From the NCBI GenBank assembly GCA_951406725.2, contig OX597819.1, forward strand, positions 26,846,001 to 26,910,000: a stretch of 64,000 nt of DNA. Direction: 5' to 3'. Source of the stretch: Octopus vulgaris. Lineage: Eukaryota. The notes beneath the pieces were generated by a model. The model saw only the letters and a program-made list of their open reading frames with translations. It made no database searches and was not told the DNA's origin. Every line of letters starts with the position of its first letter. Position 1 is the first letter of the stretch. Below are positions 41,089-54,539 of this stretch, piece by piece. Position numbers and translations under genes: made by a program.

Positions 41089-41296
41089 CTGTGTCTGTGT
41101 GTGTTTGTGTGTGTGTCCCCAACATCGCTTGACAACCGATGCTGGTGTGTTTACGTCCCGGTAACTTAGTGGTTCGGCAAAAAGTGACGGGTAGAATAAG
41201 TACTAGGCTTACAAAGAATAAGTCCTGGGGTCGATGTGCTCGACTAAAGGTGGTGCTCCAGCATGGCCGCAGTCAAAATGAATGAAACAAGTAAAA
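40855..41296 (+). mobile_element. SINE family B, full length
   Basis: AGACGCAGGAGAGGCTGTGTGGTAAGTAGCTTGCTTACCAACCACATGGTTCCGGGTTCAG...(TA)n(TG)n...GCTCCAGCATGGCCGCAGTCAAAATGAATGAAACAAGTAAAA. Confidence 0.9.
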
Positions 41297-41811
41297 CACA
41301 AATAACAATTCCTAGGAATCAATGTAATTAACATCTAAATATATTTTTCTTTATCCATTTGTTAAATTCAATACGGGAATGTTGCACGACAGCTCCTAAG
41401 AATTGGTATATTCCATTTCCAGGAATATACTTTATTCTGTTTTGTTTCGCTCCTGCCAATATAATGTAATTGCAATTGGCTTCGTATTTCTTGTCCAACT
41501 TTCTGCAAGTTTATCATCCAATTCTTTTTAATCAATCTGCTTAACCATTTTCTTCTAATCTGTTCTCTTCTTAAGTGTTGATATTACATTATATGAAAAT
41601 ATCGGTCGCTCGCTTGCAGTTTTGCTTTTCCTTTATTCTCTCTTTTTATTTATTTATTTATTATCATTTTTTTTTTGTCATCAGTCAGTGTGAGATAGAA
41701 CTCTTTGATGTACAAGAGAAGTCGTTTTTGCAAGTGACTGCAAAGTGACTGCCTCTTTCTCTCCCACCGTTTAACCTTTTTTTCTCTCTGTTATTCTCTT
41801 TCTCCTTCTCA

Positions 41812-41880
<69 letters not shown>

Positions 41881-42305
41881 ATCTTTCTCTTGCTCGCTCA
41901 TTCGCTCTTTCACTTTCTCAATCATTACCGCCAAATCAAATATCAAACGGAGATGCCCGTGGACCACATCATTTTCTCTTTCTTCCAATTATTTCACAAA
42001 TTGTTGAGTTTACGGCTTACTTTTCTAAAGAGAAAACTATAATTTTCATGCCATAAAGATTCGTCGAACTATCTTGTCGAAACCCTATTGGTCCATCCAG
42101 TTACTTGCCCTTTCTCATTTATTTCTTAAGCAGTCTTGACAAATTAGATAAGGAAGAGAGATTTTTAAAAAAAACAGAAAGCAAATACAATAAAACATTT
42201 ATGGGAAATTAACAAGCATAAAAGGAAACAGACGTGACGAATATAGTTGCCACATGGCAAAAACAAGATAAGAAAAATGCTTATGCGTTGCGTGCAGTGT
42301 TGTTG

Positions 42306-42569
<264 letters not shown>

Positions 42570-42952
42570 TATGTGCTACAGAATCACTAATATATGTACG
42601 TATGTATGTATGTATGTATGTATGTATGTATGTATGTATGTATGCATGTATGTGCTTGTGAAAGGATATGCAACACGTTTATTTGTATTCAGTCGTGGGA
42701 AGACTTCTCGGTATGGAAACATTCTCTGTGGAAATCGCTACTGGCAACATATGTGAAAGATTAGTCTATGAGTGACGTCATCGTATTATGCGATGCATGC
42801 GTTTCTGCGTTGTAGAAAGTCAACTGCCATGAAAACTGATGCACACACACACAAGGATATGTGTTTTTATAAGCATTTTACAATATACACATTCATATAC
42901 CATTGTAACAGAATTAAAATATGAAAACATAACTGTAAACATATGACAGTAT

Positions 42953-43368
42953 ATTATTTTCTACTCTAGGCACAAGGCCCGAAATTTTTAGGAAGGGGGC
43001 CAGTCGACTAGATCGACCCCAGTACGCAATTGTTACTTAATTTATCGACCCCGAAAGGAAGAAAGGCAAAGTCGACCTCGGTGGAATTTGAACTCAGAAC
43101 TAAGACAGACAAAATGCCACTAAGCATTTCGCTCGGCGTGTTAACGTTTCTTGTTTCTTTATTGCCCACAAGGGGACAAACAAGGACAGGCAAAGGGATT
43201 AAGTCGATTACATCGACCTCAGTGCGTAACTGGTACTTAATTTATTGACCCTGAAAGCATAAAAGGCAAAGTCGACTTCGGCGGAATTTGAACCCAGAAC
43301 GTAACAGCAGACGAAATACTGCTTGGCATTTCGCCCGGCGTACTACGTTTCTGCCAGCTCGCCGCCTT
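42953..43368 (-). mobile_element. Dimeric SINE A
   Basis: Full head+core+tail 2, then near-full head+core+tail 1. Confidence 0.85.
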
Positions 43369-45249
43369 ATATAACACTATATTGGTATATCTGTAGTTAT
43401 ATAAAATGTTCTTTGCACTGTGCACAGCGCGATCAGGTACTTATATTTTGCATATTTATTCTTAATACGTCTAGGAAGGTTCATATGCAAAATATGCTAG
43501 TTGTTATATCGTACGCCAAAGGATAAAGCTTCTTTCTTTTATGACGATAGTGTTAGACATATTCGACTCATTAGCGCACAGGATTCTGGGACACCGGTAC
43601 TTCGACTTGTTGTCTCTCATCAGCTAGATGTACCCAGAAATTTTTTCTGACATACTTATTCAAAGTCGTTATTGATAAATAAACTCTTCAATGCGTATAC
43701 TTACTGTTTTACTTATCTAAGCTTTACTTATTTAATTTTCCTTTAATTCATGTAACATTTCTCCCATTCATTCATATGACCTATATTCTTTCACTTTATA
43801 GAATAAAGTTCTCATTTTGTGTTTGATAATTAGGGACACCATATGATTGGCTATAGTTTACATGGCGGTATACTGATATGCCAGCATCGCCAATGTCCAA
43901 TGGCTCAAAACAGCAACATAATTTTAATGTCTAATTCCATCTTAATGTAACTCATATATGGTTGCGTGGGTTAGAGTTGACTATGAATCTCTACATGTAT
44001 GTGCTGGTATGGACAAGGATGTTTTTTCAGAAAGATTGGCTGCCATGAATACAAACCTCCCTTTTCCATGCCACTGGGTTTTTTTCCAAAGGGAAGACTG
44101 ACACATATTTAGGTCATTACGGTGTATGTGTTATTGGAGTAGTTGCTCTCAGAACGGAAACTGCTGGAACAGGTATTGCAAGGCATCTTATCCGATGTTC
44201 TAACAGTCCCGCTAATCCACTGCTCTAAATTGGTACTTCTTTGCCGATCTCAAAAATATGAAGGCGATATGCTACCCAAAATGGTGATGCCTCTGCCAAC
44301 TTCACGTGGTTTTGAGTTTAGTCCCATTCCACGGCACTTGGAGATTTGTCTTCAATTATACCCCCGGACAGACCAATGCCTTGTAAGTGAATTTGACAAA
44401 CGAGAAACCATGTGAAAGTCTGTAGTATACGTATATGTATGACAATCGTCGTTGGTTTGTTTACTTTCCTATAACCTAGCATTTCAACCAACGAGGTCAA
44501 TAGAACAAGCATCAAGCTTGAAAAATACATACTGGGTTCGATTTTTTCGACTAAACACTTCAACTCCGTTCCCCAGTATATCCGCTGTTTCACAATTGAA
44601 ACATTCAAAAGATAAATTATGAAATGATGTATATCTAATGTTACAAAACAAAGTTTCATCACTATCCACAACAAATACTTATTATACTATTACATGTTCA
44701 CATACTATATATTGCCGCATAATTCATGTCTTTTGTACTTCTATTCGTAAAAGATTCCACTTTGACACTACAACACACTCTATGTCCACTATTACAAACT
44801 CAGATAATCGACACTCTGTTTTAGACTACCATTCTGCCTACACCTTCTGTTACACTAACATATATTCATATATATTATGCAAACACATATTTCATGCTAC
44901 ACTTTACTACATCTTTGCAGATTTCATGCTTTGTTACATTTTACTCTTCACTAAGCCCATACACTAGTTCACACCGTCTGTTACAATGCCACGTTGTTTA
45001 AGCTCTGTTACACTGACAATCAGTTAAAGAGTTCCTATGTGGTCAGTTGACCTGTTAGAAATAACAACCAAATATTACAAACTTAAATACAGTGCATGGC
45101 TCCTAAAACGGAACGGTGAGAACAAGACTGGTTTTGATCATAGCTCTTCCCATTGAGGGATAACTTGAGGTAAGATGTAACCCATACTGTGATACTTTGG
45201 CACAAAATCTTAACCCTATGATTTGAGGGTGCCCGCTAATTTGGAGGTA

Positions 45250-45423
45250 CCGCATTTATTCATATATGAGTCGTGCACCCAATTTAGTATTTGATCTTGG
45301 GACAAATTTTTCCCTTCTTAACTTTATTTTTGCATCATGTATAAGTTACATTGTATAAGTCCCACCTCAGTTTTTTTTCAGTTAAAATCAAAAATGAAAT
45401 AGTGCGACTTATAAAGAAGAATA
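45250..45423. mobile_element. Possible pogo/Tigger-like MITE relic
   Basis: TA-CCGCATTTATTCATATATGAGTCG at the left and GTGCGACTTATA at the right resemble the TATAAGTCGCAC subterminal motif of pogo-like MITEs. Confidence 0.35.
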
Positions 45424-45425
45424 TA

Positions 45426-45966
45426 TTGGGTTGTCCGGAAAGTTCGTGCCGATTTATAGTAGCTTGCATTTCGACTTATTTTAGAACATGGTTGAGTTCA
45501 TAAAATAGGATTTGACTACACCTCCATTTAGCTATCTTTTCGTGGAAGAAGGTTTATGTTTCTATAACCTGTGTTAATTCTGTAACCCTTTAAAACGGAA
45601 GATGAGAAAGTTCATTTTCGGCACTTGATACTTTGGGAACCAGACAAAAATTGCTGCAGCTCGGCTGGGATGTGTTACCCCACCCTCCCATATTCACCAA
45701 ATATTGCTCCTTCGGATTTCCACTTATTCAGGTCTCTGCAGAATAATCTTAATGGTAAAAACTTCAATTCCTTGGATGACGTAAAAAAGATACCTAGATG
45801 AATTATTTGCCATGAAACCGCCTCAATTCTGGGAAGTGGGTATTTTCAAGTTAAAGGAAAGATGGAGACGCATTGTGCAACAAAATGGTTCACATTTGGT
45901 GATTAAAAATATAATGGCAAGTAGTTATTCCTTTAAAAATCTGCACGAACTTTCCGGACAACACAA
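45426..45966 (+). mobile_element. Internally deleted mariner transposon with both TIRs and TA TSD
   Basis: TIRs TTGGGTTGTCCGGAAAGTTCGTGCCGATTT / AAATCTGCACGAACTTTCCGGACAACACAA, TA on both sides; residual transposase EDEKVHFRHL joined to GWDVLPHPPYSPNIAPSDFHLFRSLQN...LKERWRRIVQQNG. Confidence 0.95.
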
Positions 45967-46770
45967 TACAACAATTATTTCGTCACAGCAACATGTCTTT
46001 TCTGGTGTGTTTTTTTTTTTCTATAGTGTAAGGCTTTGATTTATAGAGATAACAAACTATTGTTGTTGTTGTTACAGTGATTGTGACGATGATGGTGATG
46101 TAGCCTCTGACCGGCTATTATCTGGTAAAACTACGTATAGTATGTAGGTAATCGACAGAATGACTTCGTATGACCCTCAGATTTATAGTTCCAGATACAA
46201 CCCAAATAAATACATTAATATAAACAACTTTGTATTTATACCTGGCAGCAAAATATACAGTATCAGCACCACCACCGAGAACAGTTGATAGTGTACTTGC
46301 AAACACATGTGCAACGACATGTGTGCATATTTACATACATACATTCATACACGCTTGCATCCATTTCAATCCGCTTGCTAGAACACATGCTTTCCTACAA
46401 TTATTCTCATACACACATACACGTAGACACAAAGCGCACAAGCTCTCACCTTCATATACAGTTGTGCACAAGTACTGGTGAACACGTGTATATACTGCCT
46501 CTCATTTTCTCTCTGTTAACACTGTCTTACGAGGTCTATACAAATCTCTTAATATCTACGTTCAAACTATCTCCTTATCTGTTTATTCTTTTCAACTTTA
46601 TTTATATCACTCTTTTCGGATTTCTATCTATCTATTTACCTATCAATCTACATATCTATCTATCTATCTACAACATCACAACCATATATCTCAGGTTATT
46701 ATTTTTTTTCCATACATACCGCTTTCTATTACTCTCTTCTCTTTCTCTTATTTTGTGAGTGTACCTATGC

Positions 46771-46824
<54 letters not shown>

Positions 46825-47436
46825 AGGGACAGAGAATGTGATTCAGGTTCTTTTGTTATGAAGGGAAATATTTCAGTGGAGCAGTCTACGTATTAAATAT
46901 CAATAAAAAAGAGTTTGTAATATACAGAAGTGAGAAACTCCTGTTAACTTTATTATCCAGGCAATTACTTGGTAAAAATCCCTCCCGATGTGTTTAAAAT
47001 ATGAAAATAACATGAAAGATTAACAGTTCTAATGTCACTTAATCGAGATTTTTGAAACATACCGACTATACGAATTATAGTGGATTTGATTTTTAACGCA
47101 AATTGGTAAAATTAATGGACATGTTTCTGACTTTCCAGACCTTCTGAGTAAAGCTCGTTCTACTCAACAGAGCAGTCAGTGCATAATGAAATAATGGAAA
47201 TGTAGTGACGGTGACCTTCAGCAAGTAAGAAAACAAAATAAACACTGCATAGTGGGAGTAGTTTCATAACGAGGAAGAGCTAAAAGTGGGCCAAAGTTCG
47301 GTGCCAAAATATCGTAGACATTCATAAGGATATGGATTGCAGGTAATGCAATGTGTTCTTCAGTGAACAACTGAGACAGGGAATGACGTGTAGCTGTAGG
47401 AAAACTGATGCATTTCCATCCCTACGTACGTACATA

Positions 47437-47653
47437 CGAGGGGTAGTTGAAAAGCTTCAGACTCTAAGGGTCTAGCGGAAAAACCTTGTTGGAGGTCCAG
47501 ATTTCTGCGTTCTTTTACAGGGTTTAGATAACCTGAAGGGCTACTGCAGTATGTGTGTGAATCTAAGAGAGGGTAATGTTGAATAAAACCGTAATTAACT
47601 GATCCCAAAGCCAGGAAGTTATCCACAGGCAGGAACTTTTCAGTACCCTGTCG
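47437..47653. mobile_element. Mariner-derived MITE
   Basis: TA-CGAGGGGTAGTTGAAAAGCTTC at the left, GAACTTTTCAGTACCCTGTCG-TA at the right (imperfect TIRs, TA TSD). Confidence 0.65.
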
Positions 47654-47670
47654 TAATACCTACTTATATA

Positions 47671-47724
<54 letters not shown>

Positions 47725-47924
47725 TAAGTGCATTGGGCAATGCAGCAACATATTTGCATATAAGACTAGAATTTAAGAACAAAGCAGAATGCTTCACATT
47801 CTCCAAAATACAATCTATCAGTGGTACGGTAAATTTTATAAAATTTTCCGGGGATACCCCATTTGAGGTTCTCGAATTGAGCACATGCACGCACATACAC
47901 ATGTAATATGTATATATATATATA

Positions 47925-48157
47925 CGCATCCCTACCGGTCATTAAAAATGTGACCAGGTGTGTACCGTTGGCGATTTTTTCCTCCGTCTTCCCTTCTTTG
48001 GATCTTTCCTTTTCTAATGTTTCTGACGAAGAGCTCCGCTCGAAACGTTAAACCCTCCTTCTTTCCTTCTTTCCCCAGCGTCCAATAATACTATATTTGT
48101 ACCACGTCCTCGCGTTGTTGTGTTTTCTCCTTGTGTTTTCATGTTTGGATTAACATT
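47925..48157 (+). mobile_element. Non-coding Penelope-type terminal repeat embedded in (TA)n
   Basis: Pyrimidine-rich repeat with a second partial copy at 12588-12720; contains a hammerhead core; (TA)n on both sides. Confidence 0.65.
48019..48053 (+). ncRNA. Minimal type I hammerhead ribozyme motif
   Basis: GTTT-CTGACGA-A-GAGC-TCC-GCTC-GAAA-C-GTT-AAAC: core CUGANGA and GAAA, 4-bp stem II, 4-bp stem I (GUUU/AAAC), palindromic ACGU in place of stem III, putative cleavage 3' of U48049. Confidence 0.75.
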
Positions 48158-48187
48158 ATATATATATATATACATATATATATATAC

Positions 48188-48280
<93 letters not shown>

Positions 48281-48587
48281 CATATATATATATATACATA
48301 TATGTCTGAGTAACCATCAGACATATCCCACAAACCCCAAGAGAAGTCTTGAAAAATCTTAAAGAAATAAATATGGTCATACAATACGCCAGTGTGCTTA
48401 TGTTTTTATGTATATTGATATAGAATAGGGAAGCTCACTATCTTAAATTACAAATAAGTGAGAAAATTATTCAACGTTCTTTGGTAGATTGTGATATTTT
48501 TACATTGCTGGATCTGCGACAGTTAAGCTTTGTCGTTCTTTGTCTTCGGGTGACCGGCAAACAGAAACTCTGAGGTATATACACATA

Positions 48588-48634
<47 letters not shown>

Positions 48635-48812
48635 CACATACACACGTGTGTGTGCATTTGAATACCTACACACACACACACACACATATATTTGCAAATA
48701 CAAAAATATATGCGTACACAGGTGTGACTATGCTTGTGTACACACACACACACACACACACATACACACACACACACACACACACATGTATATATATATA
48801 TATTTATATATA

Positions 48813-48914
<102 letters not shown>

Positions 48915-49964
48915 TACGTACCTAATCTTTGTATTATTCAGTCATAAATATTTTTTTCTTCTGTAACAGTATCAGCAAACCAAAGCGAAGTAGAATTGCT
49001 AACCTATAGAATATCACCTTCAGAATTTCGCAAAAACAAAAAGGAAAACAAACTCTTCTAAGCTATACACCATATTTCTTTCATGCGCTATATTCTTTGT
49101 TCTATATTGGATATTCTATATTTAATGCTATATAGTATTTATTATTATCTTATTTATTTACTATTTGTTATTTATTCCTTCAGAATTGATAAAGAAAATA
49201 TTTGAAATGAAAGAATAACATAAATAGCAAAACAGAATTATATTATTATTTATGTGACTTGGCCTGAAACTCTGTCTTTATTCTTTCATGATATTTTCCC
49301 ATACTCCTCCATTTATTTTCTGCTACCTTCAAAACCAACGATACTCATTTGCCGTAAGCCTAAACTCGTTGTAGCATTAAAATACTAAACTAAAAAAGAA
49401 TATATATCTCTTGCACAAACATACGTAAAAAGCTATACTTATACGTATTCACACAAAGCACACATATACACTCACATCTTAGCATAATATTGAGACTCTG
49501 CTAGCTGTTGTTGTTGCTCGTACTTTTTTAAGTATTGCTGTTATTTTAGTTGTTTTTTTTTTTCTTTTTTGTTTTCGGTTTGCTCTAGCTTTTGTGATTG
49601 TTTTTTTTTTATGTTGGTAAGATTACATATCCGAACGATATATTTTCTTGCATCTCTATACTTTTCGTGTATGTTCATGTTGTCATACATACATACATAC
49701 ATACATACATACATACATACATACATACATACATGTATGCATACATACATATATACATACATACATGCATACATACATACATACATGCATGCATATGTGT
49801 GTTTGTGTGTTTGTTGTAGCATGTTTATGTGTTTAGTGTTGTGTGTATGTGTGCAATGAGGTTTGGCAGCATCAAGAACGGAAGAAGAAAGTACAGTCAC
49901 ATTATATAAACCTTTATTACAAAGCTATTACAAACCGCTTCAGTTAGCAGGCATATTGTCTTAA

Positions 49965-50560
49965 GATTTGGTGACAGGTCTCCTCAAATCTCAAGCATCT
50001 TTCTTAGGATTTTTGCAAAATACGGAATTGCAGTTTTCTTCCTCATATTCACTTCTATGTAGATTCTTGCTTGCGCTGTTCTGGTTTGGTTTTTGTCGAT
50101 CAGTCTTGTACAGTTTTTAGAATTTAGGCGTTTCGTGTTTTGCTATTCATTTCTTTTGTGCTGCGAGTATTAGTTATATCTTCGTGGACTACGATCTCGG
50201 AGCTCTTATTGTTGTTAGGTGTCTATTAAATGTTCTATTTGAATATCTGATACATTTTGTTCGAGACTGTATCTTCTAAGTTAGCTAATTTGCTAAGGTT
50301 CACTAATAGATATAAATCTGAACTATTTTCCATTCAGATTTTATACGAATTTACTGTTGTATTTTCGTTTTGTAGATACAATATAACCATCCAATATATA
50401 TATATAATAGAAACATATTCCACTCGCGTCCATTTATGTTTGTTTTCCGTTTTCTTTGGGAATCTTGTGGACTCTGGTCCTTTATTTAGATTGTCATAAT
50501 TTCCATTGGGTATTGTTGTTGCTAGTGAGATTTTCTCGCATGATTTTTGGAACTTTTTGT
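49965..50560 (-). mobile_element. Internally deleted R4/Dong-like LINE relic
   Basis: Minus strand KHKWTRVEY....Y...NSYKI..EN..LSKLAN (N-terminal region of RLE-type ORFs) directly followed by EIVVHED and AKILRKMLEI*GDL (RLE C-terminus). Confidence 0.55.
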
Positions 50561-50939
50561 CCAAGAAATTCGAAGTACTCTCTTATACAATTTTTATTTG
50601 AATTATTTAGCACTTTTTTTTTGTGTTCGGGGTCCGGACTGTTATTTACATGGACAGTGCTTCTGTGGGCGTCTGTAGGCGTGATTTGTGAACGTTGGAT
50701 TCTGTAAACATTTGTAATATATCGTATAATCATTTATATTTATTAAATATCATCGTATTTTATAGAGTATTATACAACTGTTTTTTATCCTTTCGTGACA
50801 TTTTACGATTTTATTTACCATTTTTTAATCAGATGATATTACATAATATTCGGAACAATAATTTAGCATTCTCGCTTGTTAAGTGTCCTCCCATGTTATC
50901 TTTTGCTAAATGTCCCTTGTGTGATCTTTGTCAAATGCC

Positions 50940-51289
50940 ACACACTGTTACGTCTGTTTAACATCCTCTGGTATTATCAGCAAACCGCTTTCCGGTATTA
51001 TTTTGTTAAGAGTTCAGTGGGAGACATGCCAAAACTATGAAATATTAATTGAAAATAGATAATATAAATTTACATCAGCAAATATGTTTGAGAAAAGACA
51101 TTAAATAGAATAGAAGCAAGGCTAACATACCAGATATCGTTGTCAAAGACAACCTGTAGGCTCATAATCGATATATAAATTACAACAGATAATAATGCAT
51201 ATGTAAAAGAGATTAGAGAATTATCCAGATACCAATATTTGAAAACAGGAATAGCTTTCATGTGGCGCCTAAAAACAGAAACAATCCCT
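50940..51289 (+). mobile_element. R4/Dong-like restriction-like endonuclease domain relic
   Basis: QWETCQNYEI..YK then KANIPDIVVKD..CRLIIDI*ITTDNNAYVKEIRELSRYQYLKTGIAFMWRLKTETIP, matching the PD..D-(D/E)xK RLE signature. Confidence 0.8.
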
Positions 51290-51490
51290 CGACCTGAAGA
51301 AAATTCTAAATGGGCCCCACAAGTAAGGTCATGCAATGTTTATCTTGATATGAGATCACCAGACGCATACATATGGTTGTGAATCATGTGCCAGGTGTAC
51401 CCTTGTCAGACGAGTAGTCATGAAGGATATACTGGGCTTCGTATATTTTATCCCAGTCTCACTTTGATGGCATGCACTGCTCTCACAATA
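51290..51490 (+). mobile_element. 3' part of repeat family D with (AAT)n tail
   Basis: GAAGAAAATTCTAAATGGGCCCC...GCATGCACTGCTCTCAC then (AAT)n; aligns with about 21145-21332. Confidence 0.8.
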
Positions 51491-51493
51491 ATG

Positions 51494-51546
<53 letters not shown>

Positions 51547-51549
51547 TAT

Positions 51550-52027
51550 GCCCTAATGCAGTACCAGACAGTGGTTCTCATGGCTTCTGATCTTAACCGA
51601 TTGGAAGTGTTATCATGTACATTCTTTTGTCTTGGTATAAAAGATGGGCTACAGCATATACTCTGTTCAATACCACAGATTTGCTTGTCGGTTGTTTGAC
51701 CTTAACCACTTGAGCATGTCCCTTGGTGGCTGACGATATGCGCATCGCTGATCATGAGCAGAAGTAGTGGGGGAGCATCATAGCCATGTGTTGAAAGGAA
51801 TAATTGGAGGTTTGGATAATTCACGACTGGAAACGTCGGTGTTTCGTTCAACATCATTAAACAACCCTTATTCAAGGACCTTTTGAGCTGGATGGGTTAC
51901 TCGACTAGAAGAAAATTCTAACAGGGCCCCATCTGCAAGGCCATGTGCTGTTTATCTTGATATGAGATCACCGTGTCGCGCACATATTGTTGTGATGCAT
52001 GTGCCTAGTGCACCCTAATCAGATGGG
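51550..52027 (+). mobile_element. Repeat family D, 5' and central part
   Basis: GCCCTAATGCAGTACCAGACAGTGGTTCTCATGGCTTCTGATCTTAACC... starts directly after (AAT)n; aligns with 20800-21260. Confidence 0.85.
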
Positions 52028-52825
52028 TACACTTCAACAAATTGGAAAGGTTCCTAAACTTGGAAAATGGTGCCTCATGAGTTGTCCGAAAGCAATCGCA
52101 AATCCCGAGTTGACATATGCGCTTCTCTCTATTCTCGCGAACTCATTTCACCCTTTTCGGATAGGCTTGCGACTGGTAACGAAAGATGGATCTTCTATCG
52201 AAATGTTAAACGTCTTAAACAGTGGCCTGGTAAAAGACAAAAAAGGCTCAACCACAACCGAGAAGGGAACTTCATGGGGAAGAGATTCTTCTTTCTCTCT
52301 GGTGGGATTGCAAAGGAGTAATTCACTCTCAATTGTAACCACCTAATGCAACAATCAATGCTCATGTCTACTATCAGCAATTAGAGCGTTTGAACCAATT
52401 TTTGAAGAAAGAAAAAAAGACCGATTTAGTAAATCGAAAAGGAGTGATGTTTCTTCAGGACAATGCGCGACACCACACTTCAAAGATCACATCACAGAAG
52501 ATCGAAGAGCTTAATTGGAAAAAAATCCTCATCCACCTTATTCTCCCGACCTAGCTCCTTCAGACTGCAGTTTGTTTTGTAGTTTACAGAATCATTTGGG
52601 GGACATAGCTTTCGTAAGCCAGGAGGCGGTTGAAAATGACATTTCAGAGTTCTTCGCTTTGAAACCAAAAGAGTTTTACATTGATGGGATTAAAAAGCTT
52701 ATAAATTGGTGGAAGGAAGTCATAGATAATCAAGGAAAGTACATTGACGATTAAATTTCAATTAAACATGACATTTGATCACTTGTTTTCTTTATTCAAA
52801 ATTCGGACAGAACTTATGGGATGAC

Positions 52826-52829
<4 letters not shown>
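52028..52829 (+). mobile_element. 5'-truncated mariner transposase pseudogene with 3' TIR
   Basis: GKWVPHELSE, DRLATGNERWIFY, LQDNAR.H, HPPYSPDLAPSD motifs with frameshifts; ends GGACAGAACTTATGGGATGACCTAA then (TA)n. Confidence 0.95.
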
Positions 52830-52906
<77 letters not shown>

Positions 52907-53216
52907 TCCATGTCAGCTTCGAGAATGACCTGGAGTACAAAAGGAATGTCATTGAAAATATCGACAATGGCCACAATGTGTCTTTGACAAAGATGATGGC
53001 TTGATTAAACGAATGATTAGTCAAGTACTCGGTTACTAGGTTATATGTTAATACTTAAATAGCTGTCATAAGGATCCTCCCTAAATACAAGAAAATCTGT
53101 TTCAATGAGCAATTATATACCAAGAGTCTTGCATACTAAATACAAAACTATGTGTGTGTATGTGTTTGTATATTATGTGTGTGTGTGAAAGAGAGAGTAT
53201 GTCTGTATATATATGA

Positions 53217-53269
<53 letters not shown>

Positions 53270-53272
<3 letters not shown>

Positions 53273-53661
53273 TTATATATAAAAGTCAAGTTGTGTGTCT
53301 GTCTCCTACGATTTAGATTCCTAACTACTCCCACATTTTGCGGTGCAGTTTAACCAAAACCGGGTATCTTATAGTCGTGATTCATATCGAGCCCTTCTGG
53401 GTATTAGCGCGCGTCTACAATGAGTCTACGATTTAAAAAAAAATTTACCATCATTTTTTTCCATTTTAATGCATTTTTCGCTATTATATAAGTAACTCTC
53501 TAAAAATGTCTACGATGAGTCAACGATTTTTAAAAAAAATTACTATCATTTTGTTTCCATTTGTAATGCATTTTTTTGCTATTTTTTGGCTATAACTCTC
53601 TAATAATGCTTATATAGTTATTTCCCTTACAAACCCGAGCAACGCCGGGCGATACTGCTAG
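53270..53661 (+). mobile_element. Non-autonomous Helitron
   Basis: 5' TC at 53270 after A; 3' hairpin CCCGAGCAACGCCGGG then CTAG (53658-53661) followed by T; no TSD; internal tandem duplication. Confidence 0.85.
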
Positions 53662-53693
<32 letters not shown>

Positions 53694-54197
53694 ATCCTAT
53701 CATTACACATATGAATCAATTAATGGCTAAGATTTCCAAAGTAAAATGGTATACACATTACACATATACGCATCCTCATAAGACAAACGGCCCGATGAGT
53801 AGAATAGACCCACTGACGTGATTGGAGCCACTTATCCATCATATTATCTACTTCCCCAATAACGCTACATATTGTTTGCCACGTCATCTTGTTAAAATAA
53901 AAGTCTATTTTCTTAATCTATATCCTATGTTCATAATCTCTCCTGCTGGCCTAAGTAATTAGACGAATTGTCTCGTGATTGTAAAACAGTGAAGCTCAAA
54001 CTATATATATATATTAACTAATTTGCCAAGCTGGATCAGCAGGAGATTCGTTTCAGCAGTAGGTAACATAATCGAACAGTAAGCAAGTACGTACGTACCT
54101 GTGTCGGGAGAAATCAATGGATATGCTGCTCTTGTCTGTTTCTATCAATTTGAAGTATATATGATGGAGAATACACATGTACATGTATATGCATGTA

Positions 54198-54370
54198 CAT
54201 TGGTCTGATCAATAACTATCCGGATTGTTACCATAGTAACGAAGCTAAAGCACGCTGAGTGAAGCCACTTGGTAGAGATTGACCTTGAACTCTGCTGTGC
54301 ATGCGCATTAAGTTTTAATGTTCTAGCTCACTTCCGCTGTTTACAGCAGTGCTTGCAAAGAAGGTGTGTG
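54198..54370 (+). mobile_element. 5' end of a mariner-like element
   Basis: TA-CATTGGTCTGATCAATAACTATCCGGA resembles mariner TIR starts; no transposase or second TIR found. Confidence 0.4.
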
Positions 54371-54539
54371 TGTATTTGTGTGTGCGTATTTAGTGTAATT
54401 TAAATTGTGCAACAAATAACCAGTATTTAGAACTCAGTGTGTATTCTTGTAGATCGAAAAACAAAATGGTGAGGAGGATCCACAGTTTCATTTCGATAGC
54501 CTCCACATTTGGCTCGGTCGGAGAGTACATACTGAAAGC

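Noticed and set aside
43585-43625. Minus-strand CTGATGA-GA-GAC-AACAA-GTC-GAAG resembling a second hammerhead
   Set aside because: GAAG instead of GAAA, and no convincing stem I or III.
47136-47342. Strong-looking plus-strand splice sites (CAA/GTAAGA, CAG/GTAATG)
   Set aside because: All frames of the implied exons contain stops; part resembles a decayed mariner C-terminus.
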